The notes: generated by a model from the letters alone, not told the origin. Counted from the first letter of the stretch, positions 15,022 to 24,485 are shown. The stretch: 41,104 nucleotides of DNA from Faecousia sp. (GCA_045657385.1 JAZOSY010000059.1:1-41104); one strand, 5' to 3'. Numbers and translations: made by a program.

Positions 15022-16557
15022 TTAACCTCCTACGTAGAAACAAGCTGTGCGGTTTGTTTGGTAATCTTCAAACCGGGCATTTTGACCGATAATCAGGTAG
15101 TTGTTTACCTTTACATCGGTAGCCTCCACGCCGTCACTGTTGGCCTGCAGCAGAACTTCTCCGGATCGGGTAACATACATACCCGTATTGTCCAGTAAGT
15201 TTTCGATGCGTTCACCCTGGCGGGCGATCCGAAGGCCATCGTCATCAAAAGTGTAGCTTGCGCCGGTCTTCACCTTGCTGACACCGTTATTCTGAATGGA
15301 TTCAATGTCAATCCTTACTTGGCCAGCCTCTTGTTTAATGGACGAGATTTCCGACTTAATGCCGTCAACATCCTGGGATTGGTTTGCTACACTGGTTCGA
15401 ATGCTGTTAATATCCAGCGTCAGAGATGTGACATTGCCGTTCGTGTCGGCGTTCTCTATTCGAAGCATATCCACATCAGAACGGATATTCATAACCTTGC
15501 CGGAAAGCGCCTTAAACGATTGCTCGTTGACAGCAGAAACGCTGTCACGTCGGATGCTGCCCGTGCATTCGATGGTGTCCTTTTGGCCGGTTTGCGTTTT
15601 GGTCATGACATAGGCCGTGATTTCTCTGCCGTTTTTATCGGTTATATTCACGATATTGCCAGCACGGATGTCAAAAGTAGCCGGGATGGAAACCTTGCAC
15701 GGCGTATATCTTACCTGCTGCAGCTGCTCGTAAAGGCTTTTTGCAATTGTCTGAAGATAGGTAGAGTTCGGGTTAGTCAAAAGCGGATTTCCAGTGATCT
15801 GATACGTATTGACAGCACTTGCAGAGTTGGGCCAAATCACACCAACGTCTTCCTCGTTTTGATGGATCTGAACTTTCTCGATGGGATCAATAACAAAATC
15901 CTCAAACGTCAGACCGCCGCCGTAGTAGAAAATCGTGTTGGCATCTTCCATCGGTCCGATGGACTTATCGGCCGTGGTATACCACGCCAGCTCGATATCG
16001 CCGTTCACAGTTGCCCGGGCAAATCTGCCGGTAGCTTGGAGCGCCCATTGCACAAGCTGACGGCCGGTGATGCCTTCCGCGGAAAACTGCGGGATCAGGT
16101 AGCCACCGTTTGGCGTATCAGATAACAGCGTTATGAAATTAACACCACACGCCGAGCAAACGCCTTGCACGAAACCGTGTAGCGGCCTTGGCCACGCCTT
16201 CAAAGAAGCCAGCCAGGCTGTCATATCCTTGTCCAGCTTGCTTACCCGATCGTAGGCAGTCAGCTTCATGGTATTGGCGCTGGGGCGTGTTGGTTTCTCG
16301 GCGATAAAAATACCCAGCTTGCGCCGAGTGTTTCCGTCGTATTTGTAGACCGTTAGTTCGTCACCGGCGGTAATATCCAAATCGCCACCGGGCGTTAAAA
16401 ATTTAATCTCTACCATAGCGGAACAAACGGAACCGAGGATCAACTCGGTTCCGCCGTTTACGCATTCTGTGTAGGTGCAACTCTGCACCACGTTACCGTT
16501 GCTAATACCGGACGATACCTCAGTACCGTCCGGCAGGACAACAATCGTCTGTAACAT
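15022..16557 (-). CDS. Baseplate hub / Tal-like minor tail protein with coiled coil
   Basis: Follows Dit; LGSVCSA...LTAYDR; heptad region. Confidence 0.75.
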   Translation of the reverse strand: MLQTIVVLPDGTEVSSGISNGNVVQSCTYTECVNGGTELILGSVCSAMVEIKFLTPGGDLDITAGDELTVYKYDGNTRRKLGIFIAEKPTRPSANTMKLTAYDRVSKLDKDMTAWLASLKAWPRPLHGFVQGVCSACGVNFITLLSDTPNGGYLIPQFSAEGITGRQLVQWALQATGRFARATVNGDIELAWYTTADKSIGPMEDANTIFYYGGGLTFEDFVIDPIEKVQIHQNEEDVGVIWPNSASAVNTYQITGNPLLTNPNSTYLQTIAKSLYEQLQQVRYTPCKVSIPATFDIRAGNIVNITDKNGREITAYVMTKTQTGQKDTIECTGSIRRDSVSAVNEQSFKALSGKVMNIRSDVDMLRIENADTNGNVTSLTLDINSIRTSVANQSQDVDGIKSEISSIKQEAGQVRIDIESIQNNGVSKVKTGASYTFDDDGLRIARQGERIENLLDNTGMYVTRSGEVLLQANSDGVEATDVKVNNYLIIGQNARFEDYQTNRTACFYVGG

Positions 16558-16570
16558 ATCGTCGCCCCCC

Positions 16571-16945
16571 TTAACACTCGATGATATTAAACCCGTAGCC
16601 GCTCCACAGACCAGTCCTGGAGTTTTTCCAGGTAATGCCGTACTTACTGCGGTAGCAGGTCGTCTGTTCCTTTGTGGAGGAATTCAAGCGGGCCGGGTGT
16701 GTAAATGTGAACGTGGGCGCATCCGGGAAAAGGCCTTCCATGTATCTTTTTTCCTGCTCTGTAAGAAGGGAATAAGAAAAAGACCAGGATGCCACCTTAT
16801 ACCGGGCAACTACTCGGTGCATTACGCCCATTTCGTCACGGCCGGAGGATGAGTCGTCCAGGTCTTCGTAATTGTGCTGCACCTCTTCGTCCGGTACCAG
16901 CAACGGTTTCCCGTTCACGAAAAAGTCTGTACTATACGCTCTCAT
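16571..16945 (-). CDS. Distal tail (Dit)-like protein
   Basis: Directly after the tape measure gene; DLDDSSSGRDEMGVMHR motif. Confidence 0.7.
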   Translation of the reverse strand: MRAYSTDFFVNGKPLLVPDEEVQHNYEDLDDSSSGRDEMGVMHRVVARYKVASWSFSYSLLTEQEKRYMEGLFPDAPTFTFTHPARLNSSTKEQTTCYRSKYGITWKNSRTGLWSGYGFNIIEC

Positions 16946-16947
16946 GG

Positions 16948-19215
16948 TTAGCCTCCTCTCACAATGGCCATTTTTGTGCGCTGCCGATTGACAGCATTGG
17001 CAATCACTTCGTCGCCAATTTCGATACCCAGCACAGCTTCCAGGATGTCCCGCAGGACGGACACAGTTGCCTCGTGTCCTGCCATATTGGCAGCGGAATA
17101 ATCTTCCATAACATTGGCAACAGCCTCCTGGATCGTAGACAGAGGCGCCTCGATGTTTGTTCCGTGTCGCTGATCACCCAGCACAGCCATAAAGGGAGCA
17201 TTGGGGGGAATGACCGCGCCCTTTGCCAGGTAAGGAATCTGCGGCACAGAAATGGGGCTGTAGCTCCAAAGATTTTGGAACGGCTTGGATCCAAACACGG
17301 AAATATCCCGGATCTTATTCAACATACTGTTGATGGAATTAAACGGTGTCCGGATAACCTTGTTGATACCTTCGGCCAGCTTGTTGAATACGTCCTTAAA
17401 CGTAGTGGAGAAAGACTCCTTAATGCCTTCGAAGGTAGCAGAGTCACCGGAGAACACATCTAAAACTGCTTGCCATGCATCAGTAAAGGTTTTACTAAAC
17501 CAGTCACCAATACCCGAGAAAGCGCCAGTAATTATCGTCCAAATCGTGTTGCAGATTTCTCGCAGGCGTGTAACACCGTTCAACAGGCCATTAAACAGAC
17601 CTTGCATAATGTAACCGCCTTCGGTCTCCATAACGCCGGACGGACTGTTAATATCAAACGCAGCACGGAAGCCATCCAGGAAAGGTCGGAAGATGTTCTC
17701 TTTGATCCATTTACCTACGCCTTTCAGCGCATTAACAATTCCTTGGAATAGTCCGGCTATTATTTCGCCAGGCGTGCCTTCCCAGTCGACATATTCATCA
17801 AAGTAGGACTTGATAGAGTCCCATAGTTCAGAAGCCAGCCTACCTATTTCTCTCCCCATGCCAACGATAGCACTCACAAGAGCCGCTACAATAGAGCCGA
17901 TCAGCTCCGCCGCTCCTCTTGCCAAATCATCGCCATTGGGAGATGTGAAAATAGTAATAATCGCCGCTAAAGGATCAGCCATAAGAACGCCAAACAAAAT
18001 TGCCTTGACCAGTTTTGCGCCGATGTCTGCCCAATCGAGATTTTGAATTGTTCCCGCAAGGGACTTAAACAGCCCCGCAAGCAATCCATTTAACACATCC
18101 ATCAGCTGGAATGGGTCAACGTTTACAGCAAGGCCCAGGGCAAAGGAGACAATTCCGCCGACAATATTGCCGATTTTAGCGCCTACTTCCTGCCAGTTAA
18201 TGTTATCCAGCAGTTCGTTGATTTTCTGTTGTAACGTCTCGCCGGCGCCAAACCAATCACCGTTCAAAATCTGCTGTTTCATTTGTTCCAAGAAACCAAC
18301 CGATTCCGCCACGTAGTCGTAGTTCGGTTCAATTTCACCGGCACCGCCGCCAGAGCCGTCCTGCAGCTTTGTCAGCTGATCAAAGCCGGCAACGGACCGA
18401 GAAAGTTTTCCTGCGGCTTTCGATGCCTTATTAAAGGACTTTGCACTGTCAGCTACCTGTTTCATGCTTTTGCCGGAAAATGCCGCAAACAGCTGCGCGA
18501 CATAGGAAACCGCAGTTGCTGCTGCATTTGCTAGGGCGGTCAAAGCAGGGGTAATCGCCTGGATAATGGGCGCTGCCGCTTGCTGCGCAGCACCTTTCAA
18601 ATTAGAAAGCGCCGTCTTCATCGCATCTGTGGACGTGATTGCACCACCTATGTATTCCGCTATATCACGGAAGCCTGCGCTCAACGAATTGAAAAGAAAT
18701 GCGCTCATGGCGATACCGGAAAGGCGGGTGCCAAACCTGTTCAGTGTTTTGGAAGATCTCTTAGTCTCTTTCTCCGACTTCTTATTGGCTTTGCTATGAG
18801 CCTTTTCAGTTTTCTGCGCCGCCTTTTCTTCTTCTTTTGCCTGCTTCTTTGCGGCCTGAGTTGCTTCAATTTGCAAACGTTTTCTAGCTTCAGCCAAACG
18901 ATCGTATATTTTCTCTTGTTTTGCGCCAAGGCGTTCTGCGGCAGCGTCATCATCGGCGCTGAGTGCAGCTGCAAGCTCTGCAGATACTCCGGCAAGCTGA
19001 TTTTCCAACGTTTGGACTCTCGCTTTTGCTATTTCTACAGATCGAGAAAAACTACCGGAAAACGCAGACTCGATTGCAGAACCAGCACTGGCGGCGCTAT
19101 GTGCCACGGCGCCAAGTTGGCCTTTAAGATTGGAAACGTCTTTGGAGACGCCGTCAGTTCGTATTTTGGTATCAACGAGCACATAGCCGTCGGGGCTACC
19201 TACCACATTAGGCAT
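16948..19215 (-). CDS. Tape measure protein (755 aa)
   Basis: Ala/Gly-rich amphipathic helices; FDINSPS and IPYLAKGAV motifs; position after the chaperone genes. Confidence 0.9.
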   Translation of the reverse strand: MPNVVGSPDGYVLVDTKIRTDGVSKDVSNLKGQLGAVAHSAASAGSAIESAFSGSFSRSVEIAKARVQTLENQLAGVSAELAAALSADDDAAAERLGAKQEKIYDRLAEARKRLQIEATQAAKKQAKEEEKAAQKTEKAHSKANKKSEKETKRSSKTLNRFGTRLSGIAMSAFLFNSLSAGFRDIAEYIGGAITSTDAMKTALSNLKGAAQQAAAPIIQAITPALTALANAAATAVSYVAQLFAAFSGKSMKQVADSAKSFNKASKAAGKLSRSVAGFDQLTKLQDGSGGGAGEIEPNYDYVAESVGFLEQMKQQILNGDWFGAGETLQQKINELLDNINWQEVGAKIGNIVGGIVSFALGLAVNVDPFQLMDVLNGLLAGLFKSLAGTIQNLDWADIGAKLVKAILFGVLMADPLAAIITIFTSPNGDDLARGAAELIGSIVAALVSAIVGMGREIGRLASELWDSIKSYFDEYVDWEGTPGEIIAGLFQGIVNALKGVGKWIKENIFRPFLDGFRAAFDINSPSGVMETEGGYIMQGLFNGLLNGVTRLREICNTIWTIITGAFSGIGDWFSKTFTDAWQAVLDVFSGDSATFEGIKESFSTTFKDVFNKLAEGINKVIRTPFNSINSMLNKIRDISVFGSKPFQNLWSYSPISVPQIPYLAKGAVIPPNAPFMAVLGDQRHGTNIEAPLSTIQEAVANVMEDYSAANMAGHEATVSVLRDILEAVLGIEIGDEVIANAVNRQRTKMAIVRGG

Positions 19216-19227
19216 TGCACCACCTCC

Positions 19228-19253
19228 AAAAAACAGCCTTTTTCAAGGCTGTT
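19228..19253 (-). terminator. Terminator-like hairpin directly before the tape measure RBS
   Basis: AACAGCCTT-GAAA-AAGGCTGTT-TTTT on the minus strand. Confidence 0.55.
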
Positions 19254-19260
19254 GATATTC

Positions 19261-19818
19261 TTATAGGAATTTCAAAATGTTTTCTTTTTCTGCCCGGATT
19301 TCTGCTGTGTCGGGACGGGAGAAATCCACGAGGGCCTTGTTGGCCTCGTAAAACTCTTTTTCCCAGGACTCCAGCTTCTTTCCGCGTGCTTTCTTCTGCC
19401 GTATATGCAAGACTGAAGCCATCAGGCCATCGCCAATGCCCATAAACCAGCCGTAAAACGTCCACCAATGGATATTGGGATCCAGGCGCACTTCTTTGCC
19501 GGCAACCTTGTTTATCTCCGGGATAATAATTGTGGCATCTTGTTCCCAGTCGATCATTTTCGGCTTGGGCTTGCCGTCATCTTTTTGACCACAGTCGATA
19601 AACTCACATGCCTTTGTAAGGGCCTCGGGTATCAGCTCTTCCGGGATTTTTTCATAATCCGGAAAGAGTATCTGTATTACGCAAATAGCTTTGCATTGTT
19701 CGTCCAGCGCCGGATCGGAGCAGGCGGAAAGTATGTCCAGGACAGCACGCCAGCCATAACGTATAGAATAACCCACCCCTCCGATAGTCAGAGAGGTGGG
19801 CAGATCATAGGCGCTCAT
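19261..19818 (-). CDS. Gp15-family tail assembly protein (A118-like)
   Basis: DWEQDA..I...HWWTF.GWF..IG...IR motif. Confidence 0.8.
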   Translation of the reverse strand: MSAYDLPTSLTIGGVGYSIRYGWRAVLDILSACSDPALDEQCKAICVIQILFPDYEKIPEELIPEALTKACEFIDCGQKDDGKPKPKMIDWEQDATIIIPEINKVAGKEVRLDPNIHWWTFYGWFMGIGDGLMASVLHIRQKKARGKKLESWEKEFYEANKALVDFSRPDTAEIRAEKENILKFL

Positions 19819-20234
19819 TTTGTGTACTTAGCGGTATGCTGTGCCACCGCATCAGCCATGGCCTGCTGCCGCTTCCGGATCTCCGGAGCAACGTGTTCCT
19901 GGATCTTATTCATCACGTGCACGACGAACAGGTTGCCATCCACCATGACGGAGGTTGCAGAGATCAAGCCAAACAAAGATGCGCGGGCATCATAACCCAG
20001 CAGATAGCAGATCTTCTCTTCCATTTCGTCATTGATGCGGACAATGTCATCCAGCACGGTTGCATCGGTTGCCTGATCTTCGATTTTCTCAAAGTACTCA
20101 GACACTTCCATGCACCGTTTTGCCAGTTTGGCGTCTGCCGGGTTCATACGGAACGAGGCAAGGACCTCGCCATCATCGTCAGAGAATGTGAACTTGAGAA
20201 TAGAAGATCCAACATTTGTGTTAATAGCAGCCAT
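19815..20234 (-). CDS. Tail assembly chaperone
   Basis: Lies between the major tail gene and the Gp15-like gene. Confidence 0.7.
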   Translation of the reverse strand: MAAINTNVGSSILKFTFSDDDGEVLASFRMNPADAKLAKRCMEVSEYFEKIEDQATDATVLDDIVRINDEMEEKICYLLGYDARASLFGLISATSVMVDGNLFVVHVMNKIQEHVAPEIRKRQQAMADAVAQHTAKYTK

Positions 20235-20247
20235 GGCTTATACCTCC

Positions 20248-20745
20248 TTAAAGAGCGCCTTCGGTGAACTTTTTGGTGCTCAGATCAAAATTGCCCTCGA
20301 CGCGATTGCCGGCAAAATGCACAGTGAAGGGAACCTGAACGCCGGATGTGTCGCCACCGTAGCTGTTGGGGACAACAATAACATCCTCACGGACAGCACG
20401 GATCACGGTAGGCTCAGAATCGGTGGGCTTCAGCAGGACTTCCACATAGGAGGTCTTGCAAGCGTCACCGGTCAGTCTCAGCATGGCGATCTCCATCATC
20501 TTCTCGGTCAGGGAATCGTCATACTCATAGTAGACGGGATCCGCATCGCTGGATGCTTCGTAACCGCTATGTGTAACGGAGTTCTCGCCCAGGATGTTCT
20601 TACTGGTTGCCACGTCAGGGTTCAGCTCGACGGAAAACTCTTCCAGGTCTTTGCCCAGCCGGACATAATCCGTCTGAGCATAAGTGGCGTCAAATGCAGC
20701 ATCCAAGTAATGAGCAAGGTACTTTCTTTCTGCCTTCATTTTCAT
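20248..20745 (-). CDS. Major tail tube protein
   Basis: RLGKDLEEFSVELNPDV...KNILGE...SYGGD; synteny. Confidence 0.8.
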   Translation of the reverse strand: MKMKAERKYLAHYLDAAFDATYAQTDYVRLGKDLEEFSVELNPDVATSKNILGENSVTHSGYEASSDADPVYYEYDDSLTEKMMEIAMLRLTGDACKTSYVEVLLKPTDSEPTVIRAVREDVIVVPNSYGGDTSGVQVPFTVHFAGNRVEGNFDLSTKKFTEGAL

Positions 20746-20753
20746 GTCTCCTT

Positions 20754-21251
20754 TTACAGATCAAATTCATAGGTATACTGGACACTTACGGGAAGCACCC
20801 AGTCTTGAGAACTGTTGGCGTTGGGTACTGTTCCGTAGGAATTGTTACGGGTTACCCTAGTAATTTTTCGGCCGTCAGAAATGGCCGGGTATTCGGTGAG
20901 GCGATGGGGCTCACCGCCGATTGTTACGGGTTCTTTGCAGATCCACTTACCGAGAGAATCCAGGAAAGCGGAAACATTCAGCTTTTCAAATTCCCGGGTA
21001 GAAGTAGTCCGGTAGACCACCAAAAAAGGGAACTGGCAGGTCTGTGTAACATGATCGGTTATAGATCGGCGCTCACTCATGACAAGTGCGCCGGAATCAG
21101 CGGAAAAAGCAATTCCAGCATCTTCCCCTAATTCTTCAAAATAAATTGTTTGGCCGTCCAGGCCCGGGTAGGAATTGAGCAAGGCCTTCACGGCCCGCTT
21201 CAGGTATTCGTACCCGGTAGGATCTGCGCCAATAGGCTTGATTTCGGCCAT
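20754..21251 (-). CDS. Tail terminator / head-tail joining protein
   Basis: Synteny: last gene before the tail tube gene. Confidence 0.65.
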   Translation of the reverse strand: MAEIKPIGADPTGYEYLKRAVKALLNSYPGLDGQTIYFEELGEDAGIAFSADSGALVMSERRSITDHVTQTCQFPFLVVYRTTSTREFEKLNVSAFLDSLGKWICKEPVTIGGEPHRLTEYPAISDGRKITRVTRNNSYGTVPNANSSQDWVLPVSVQYTYEFDL

Positions 21252-21716
21252 TTAGCCACCTCCTGCCAATTGCTTGGTCTTTTTAACCCAGGCCTTTCCG
21301 TGGGCATCTTTCGCAGCATCAAACCAATGGTCTGTAGCTTTTGGGTTTGCGTGGGCGGAATACTGTAGCCGCTTTCCGGTGGCTACCTTTTTTTCGCCCT
21401 TCATAGCAAAAGCGGATCCGCTAGTCACGCCGACCATGACCTCACCTTCATACAAAAAACGGCCCATGGGCGGAGCTGCCGCCACAACCGTTCCTGATCC
21501 AGCAATTGACTGCGACATTCCCTGGGTTACGTTGATAAACGTTCCGGTGTCTTTCGGCATAAACGGAATCATGGATGTCATGACCATGGAGTCCAGCTCA
21601 TACTGGGCGCGGGAGTACTGGCCTTCGAATCTTCCCAGGTCCAGCTCCATAACGCCCTCGATGGTCCGGTCTTTGTACTCAAAGCGATACTTGGTTTTTT
21701 TAATATGCTTTGCCAT
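21252..21716 (-). CDS. Neck protein (Minor_capsid_2 / HK97 gp10-like)
   Basis: PFMPKDTG...RFLYEG...HWFDAAK. Confidence 0.75.
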   Translation of the reverse strand: MAKHIKKTKYRFEYKDRTIEGVMELDLGRFEGQYSRAQYELDSMVMTSMIPFMPKDTGTFINVTQGMSQSIAGSGTVVAAAPPMGRFLYEGEVMVGVTSGSAFAMKGEKKVATGKRLQYSAHANPKATDHWFDAAKDAHGKAWVKKTKQLAGGG

Positions 21717-21717
21717 G

Positions 21718-22176
21718 TCACTTACCCATGATTTCAAAATGGGGAATTACACTATACGGCCCGCCAACAGATGTTATTGCAAACACGTAGTCCATGGTCT
21801 TATTCATGTACTGATAAAAGCCAGGGCTGGACGTGCCTGCATAGTCGCTGTCGTGCACGGGATTCTCGTTGCCCCAATCGCCAAACCAAAAGAAATCGAA
21901 CCGGTTGCCGGATGTAAAAGTGATGTCCTTTGCGGGGTTGCCTAATGTCTCCCATTGTTTAGGGGGCAACCAGCGCTTGTCTCCAACCATTTTGTCGTCG
22001 CCTACTTGGCGGTAGCGAATGTGCAAAACTGCGCTGTCGGCGGAGTCTGCGCCGTACTTGGCCAGGATTGCGGCCTTGTCCATATTCAGGTGGACATTGC
22101 GCAGAACAGAGGGATACCAGGTGTCGCCCTCATCGCCTTCTTTTCTCACGAAAAGTGTAATGGTGTCGGTGTACAC
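21718..22176 (-). CDS. Head closure / head-tail adaptor protein
   Basis: MYTDTITLF...PHFEIMGK; synteny. Confidence 0.7.
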   Translation of the reverse strand: MYTDTITLFVRKEGDEGDTWYPSVLRNVHLNMDKAAILAKYGADSADSAVLHIRYRQVGDDKMVGDKRWLPPKQWETLGNPAKDITFTSGNRFDFFWFGDWGNENPVHDSDYAGTSSPGFYQYMNKTMDYVFAITSVGGPYSVIPHFEIMGK

Positions 22177-22189
22177 GGTATCCCTCCTC

Positions 22190-22669
22190 TCAATTCGGGT
22201 AAGCGCCCATATATAGCAAATTCACGCCGTTAGCATCCTTCACGCCGGAAAGATACTGACGGATGATGTCATAAATCTGCTTTTCGCGGATGGCCACATC
22301 GCTAATTGCGGCATCAATTGCCGTATTCCCTGCGCTTGTGGAATAAGTGATAGACTCGTTTCCTGCAGACACAGAGGAAACAGTTTTGCCGCGAACCATG
22401 CCGCCCGCATCAATAACTCCACGCGCTAAAGAGGCGGATTTCTCCGCCTCCTCAATCTGTCGCAGGAAATTGATTACGTGAGCCGCGCAGTGGACCACAG
22501 CGGCTTTGTCGTCTTGGTCGGCAGGCATGGACTCCTTCAGCTTTTTAAGGCCGTCAACGCCCGTGGTGAGCCTATCAAGATACCGGCAGGCCTGAAACGC
22601 AAGCCGGTTAAACACCTTGTCCTCTATGGCATCATAGAGAGCGGTGTACTCATGATAAGTGATATACAT
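22190..22669 (-). CDS. Head-tail connector (adaptor) protein
   Basis: MYITYHEY...F.RLA..A...LD.LT...SVSAGNESITY...YL...NLLYMG. Confidence 0.8.
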   Translation of the reverse strand: MYITYHEYTALYDAIEDKVFNRLAFQACRYLDRLTTGVDGLKKLKESMPADQDDKAAVVHCAAHVINFLRQIEEAEKSASLARGVIDAGGMVRGKTVSSVSAGNESITYSTSAGNTAIDAAISDVAIREKQIYDIIRQYLSGVKDANGVNLLYMGAYPN

Positions 22670-22670
22670 A

Positions 22671-22832
22671 TCAGCCCTCCTGCTGCGCTAAGAATTCTTC
22701 GATGATGTCGGCCTTCTTGGTCTTTGTAATGCTATAACCAAGCTCCACCGCAAGAGCCTTGATTTCGGCAATCGTTAGGCTTGCGAGGCTCTCGGCGGTG
22801 TAGCCCGACCGTAAGTTATAGCCGCTTATTCC
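22671..22832 (-). CDS. 53-aa C-terminal extension of the major capsid protein via -1 frameshift (HeH/Rho-N-like domain)
   Basis: No start codon or RBS of its own; G GGG GAA TAA slippery site at the capsid gene end; GISGYNLRSGYTAESLASLTIAEIKALAVELGYSITKTKKADIIEEFLAQQEG fills the gap up to the next gene. Confidence 0.7.
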   Translation of the reverse strand, partial: GISGYNLRSGYTAESLASLTIAEIKALAVELGYSITKTKKADIIEEFLAQQEG

Positions 22833-23713
22833 CCCGCGCCGAAGCTGATAACAGCGATAGCGTCCAGGTACTCAGCCCACATGGTCATGCCCATCAGGAC
22901 GTGAGTATCGCCGGAAGCATGGCCGTAGACACCTTCCTTATGCACGCCGATCAGGTTGGTCTCGCCGCCAGCGGTGGTGTAAACCAGGCCCAGCTCTGCA
23001 AACTCGGAATCAGAGGGGTCGATGTAGTACAGAACAATGTTATCGGCGGGGATAGCGACAACCTTGCCCTCGGGAATCTCAGAAGAAGCAATCAGGACAT
23101 CAGCGCCCAGGAAGTTCTTCAGGTACTCCACACCATTGGAGGTCTGAGTGGAAATAGCGGTAGCGCCCAGGTAGCGATGCACGTCCAGGGTGTTTGCGAA
23201 CACGACGATCTGGCCGTAGTTCAGACGCATCTTCTTGAACTTGTCCTTTGCCTTGCCGATTGCCATGGACACTGCCATCTGGAAGCTGTCTTCGTCGCCG
23301 GTCAGGGAGCCGGTCAGGGCGAACTCGTAGAACTCGTCCAGGACAACGCCCTGCAGCTCGTTCAGCAGAGCATCGTCGGTCTTCTGCACGGCAGCGGCAG
23401 CGCCGTACTTCTCGACAGCTTCAGCGGTAACACGCTTGCGGTACTTCTTCAGAGCCAGGTCCTTGTAGGCAACGGGCTCAACCTTTGCCTGGGACAGAGG
23501 AACTTCGTCACCTTCTGCAACAGTGCCGTTCTGCAGAACGATGGAAGCCTTGCTGGAAACCAGCTTAGTGCCGGGAGCCTTACGGATGGGGCGCATAACG
23601 CCCATGATCTCAGCCAGGGCTTCCCAGGTGGAGTTAAAACGAGCGGCCAGGTCGATTTCCTTGGCCTGGATGGTAATCTGAGCGGTAGTGGTGGTATTAG
23701 CGGTAACTGCCAT
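22826..23713 (-). CDS. Major capsid protein
   Basis: VAEGDEVPLS...LKKYRKRVTAEA; strongly biased codon usage; follows the scaffold gene. Confidence 0.9.
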   Translation of the reverse strand: MAVTANTTTTAQITIQAKEIDLAARFNSTWEALAEIMGVMRPIRKAPGTKLVSSKASIVLQNGTVAEGDEVPLSQAKVEPVAYKDLALKKYRKRVTAEAVEKYGAAAAVQKTDDALLNELQGVVLDEFYEFALTGSLTGDEDSFQMAVSMAIGKAKDKFKKMRLNYGQIVVFANTLDVHRYLGATAISTQTSNGVEYLKNFLGADVLIASSEIPEGKVVAIPADNIVLYYIDPSDSEFAELGLVYTTAGGETNLIGVHKEGVYGHASGDTHVLMGMTMWAEYLDAIAVISFGAGE

Positions 23714-23719
23714 AGTTAA

Positions 23720-24328
23720 TTATCCTTTCTGAAATAAATGCATATTGGCGGCAATCTTGGCCTGCCGTTCTGCGGGGTCCTTGATTGCCATTACGTCCTT
23801 ACGGGTGAGTGTGCCGGGGTTGCCGGATACCTTGGGGTCAGCAAACTGAGGCTTTCCGCCGTTGTCATCGAACAGATAGCTGCTTTCTGTGCGTAAGGTA
23901 TTCATTGCAGCGGTCAAATCTGCCAGCTGGTTCTTACTGTTGCGGATCTTCTCCAAGTCCAAAAGCGCTGCAATAGCCTTGGCGTTTTTGCCCTTGGCCT
24001 CAGCAATGGAGTCTTCCAGCATCTGATTAAACTCACGGTCTTCCTGCTCTTTCTTGTGGGCGGCAACAGCTTCGTCGTGCTTTCTCTTCCATTCGTCCCG
24101 GTCACGGGTGATTGCGTCGAAATCCTTGCCCTCGAAGCCCTTCAGAGTTTCCTCGGCATCTTCTGCCCGTTTCTGAACGGCGTCCAGGTCAGATTGCATA
24201 CGGTTCACCTTCTTCTCGAATTCGGCAGATGTCTTGTAGTTCTCTGCAACAGCTTTGTCGAATTCGGCTCGCTTGTCCTCGGGGATGGTAATACCGGCCT
24301 CGGACAAAATAGTGTGAATGTTTTTCAT
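23720..24328 (-). CDS. Capsid scaffolding protein (Phage_GP20-like)
   Basis: AGGAGG RBS; coiled coil; AKGKNAKAIAALLD...SYLF. Confidence 0.85.
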   Translation of the reverse strand: MKNIHTILSEAGITIPEDKRAEFDKAVAENYKTSAEFEKKVNRMQSDLDAVQKRAEDAEETLKGFEGKDFDAITRDRDEWKRKHDEAVAAHKKEQEDREFNQMLEDSIAEAKGKNAKAIAALLDLEKIRNSKNQLADLTAAMNTLRTESSYLFDDNGGKPQFADPKVSGNPGTLTRKDVMAIKDPAERQAKIAANMHLFQKG

Positions 24329-24409
24329 TTCATATCCTCCTAAATCGTTATTTATTGACCGCCCGTCGGCGGTGATGGATTGAGCCGGATAAACCACCGG
24401 CGGGGTAAA

Positions 24410-24483
24410 TGGAGCATCCAACGGGACTCGAACCCGCCCTATCTGCTTGGAAGGCAGAGGTGCTACCGCTACACCATAGATGC
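24410..24483 (-). tRNA. tRNA-Gly(TCC)
   Basis: GCATCTA acceptor stem, anticodon arm TCTGC-CTTCCAA-GCAGA, GTTCGAGTC T-arm, TCCA end; 74 nt. Confidence 0.93.
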
Positions 24484-24485
24484 AT

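Noticed and set aside
12824..16125. Long plus-strand ORFs (e.g. 13922-14935, 15319-16125; likewise 22781-23719 and 25657-26367)
   Set aside because: They are antisense shadows of codon-biased minus-strand genes, with no RBS or recognisable motifs.
19810..19830. Classical G/GT tail-chaperone frameshift
   Set aside because: No X XXY YYZ heptamer, and the genes overlap by ATGA as separate ORFs. A weak A AAA slip cannot be excluded.
24329..24421. N-terminal extension of the scaffold ORF to 24421
   Set aside because: It overlaps tRNA-Gly; the AGGAGG RBS supports ATG 24328.
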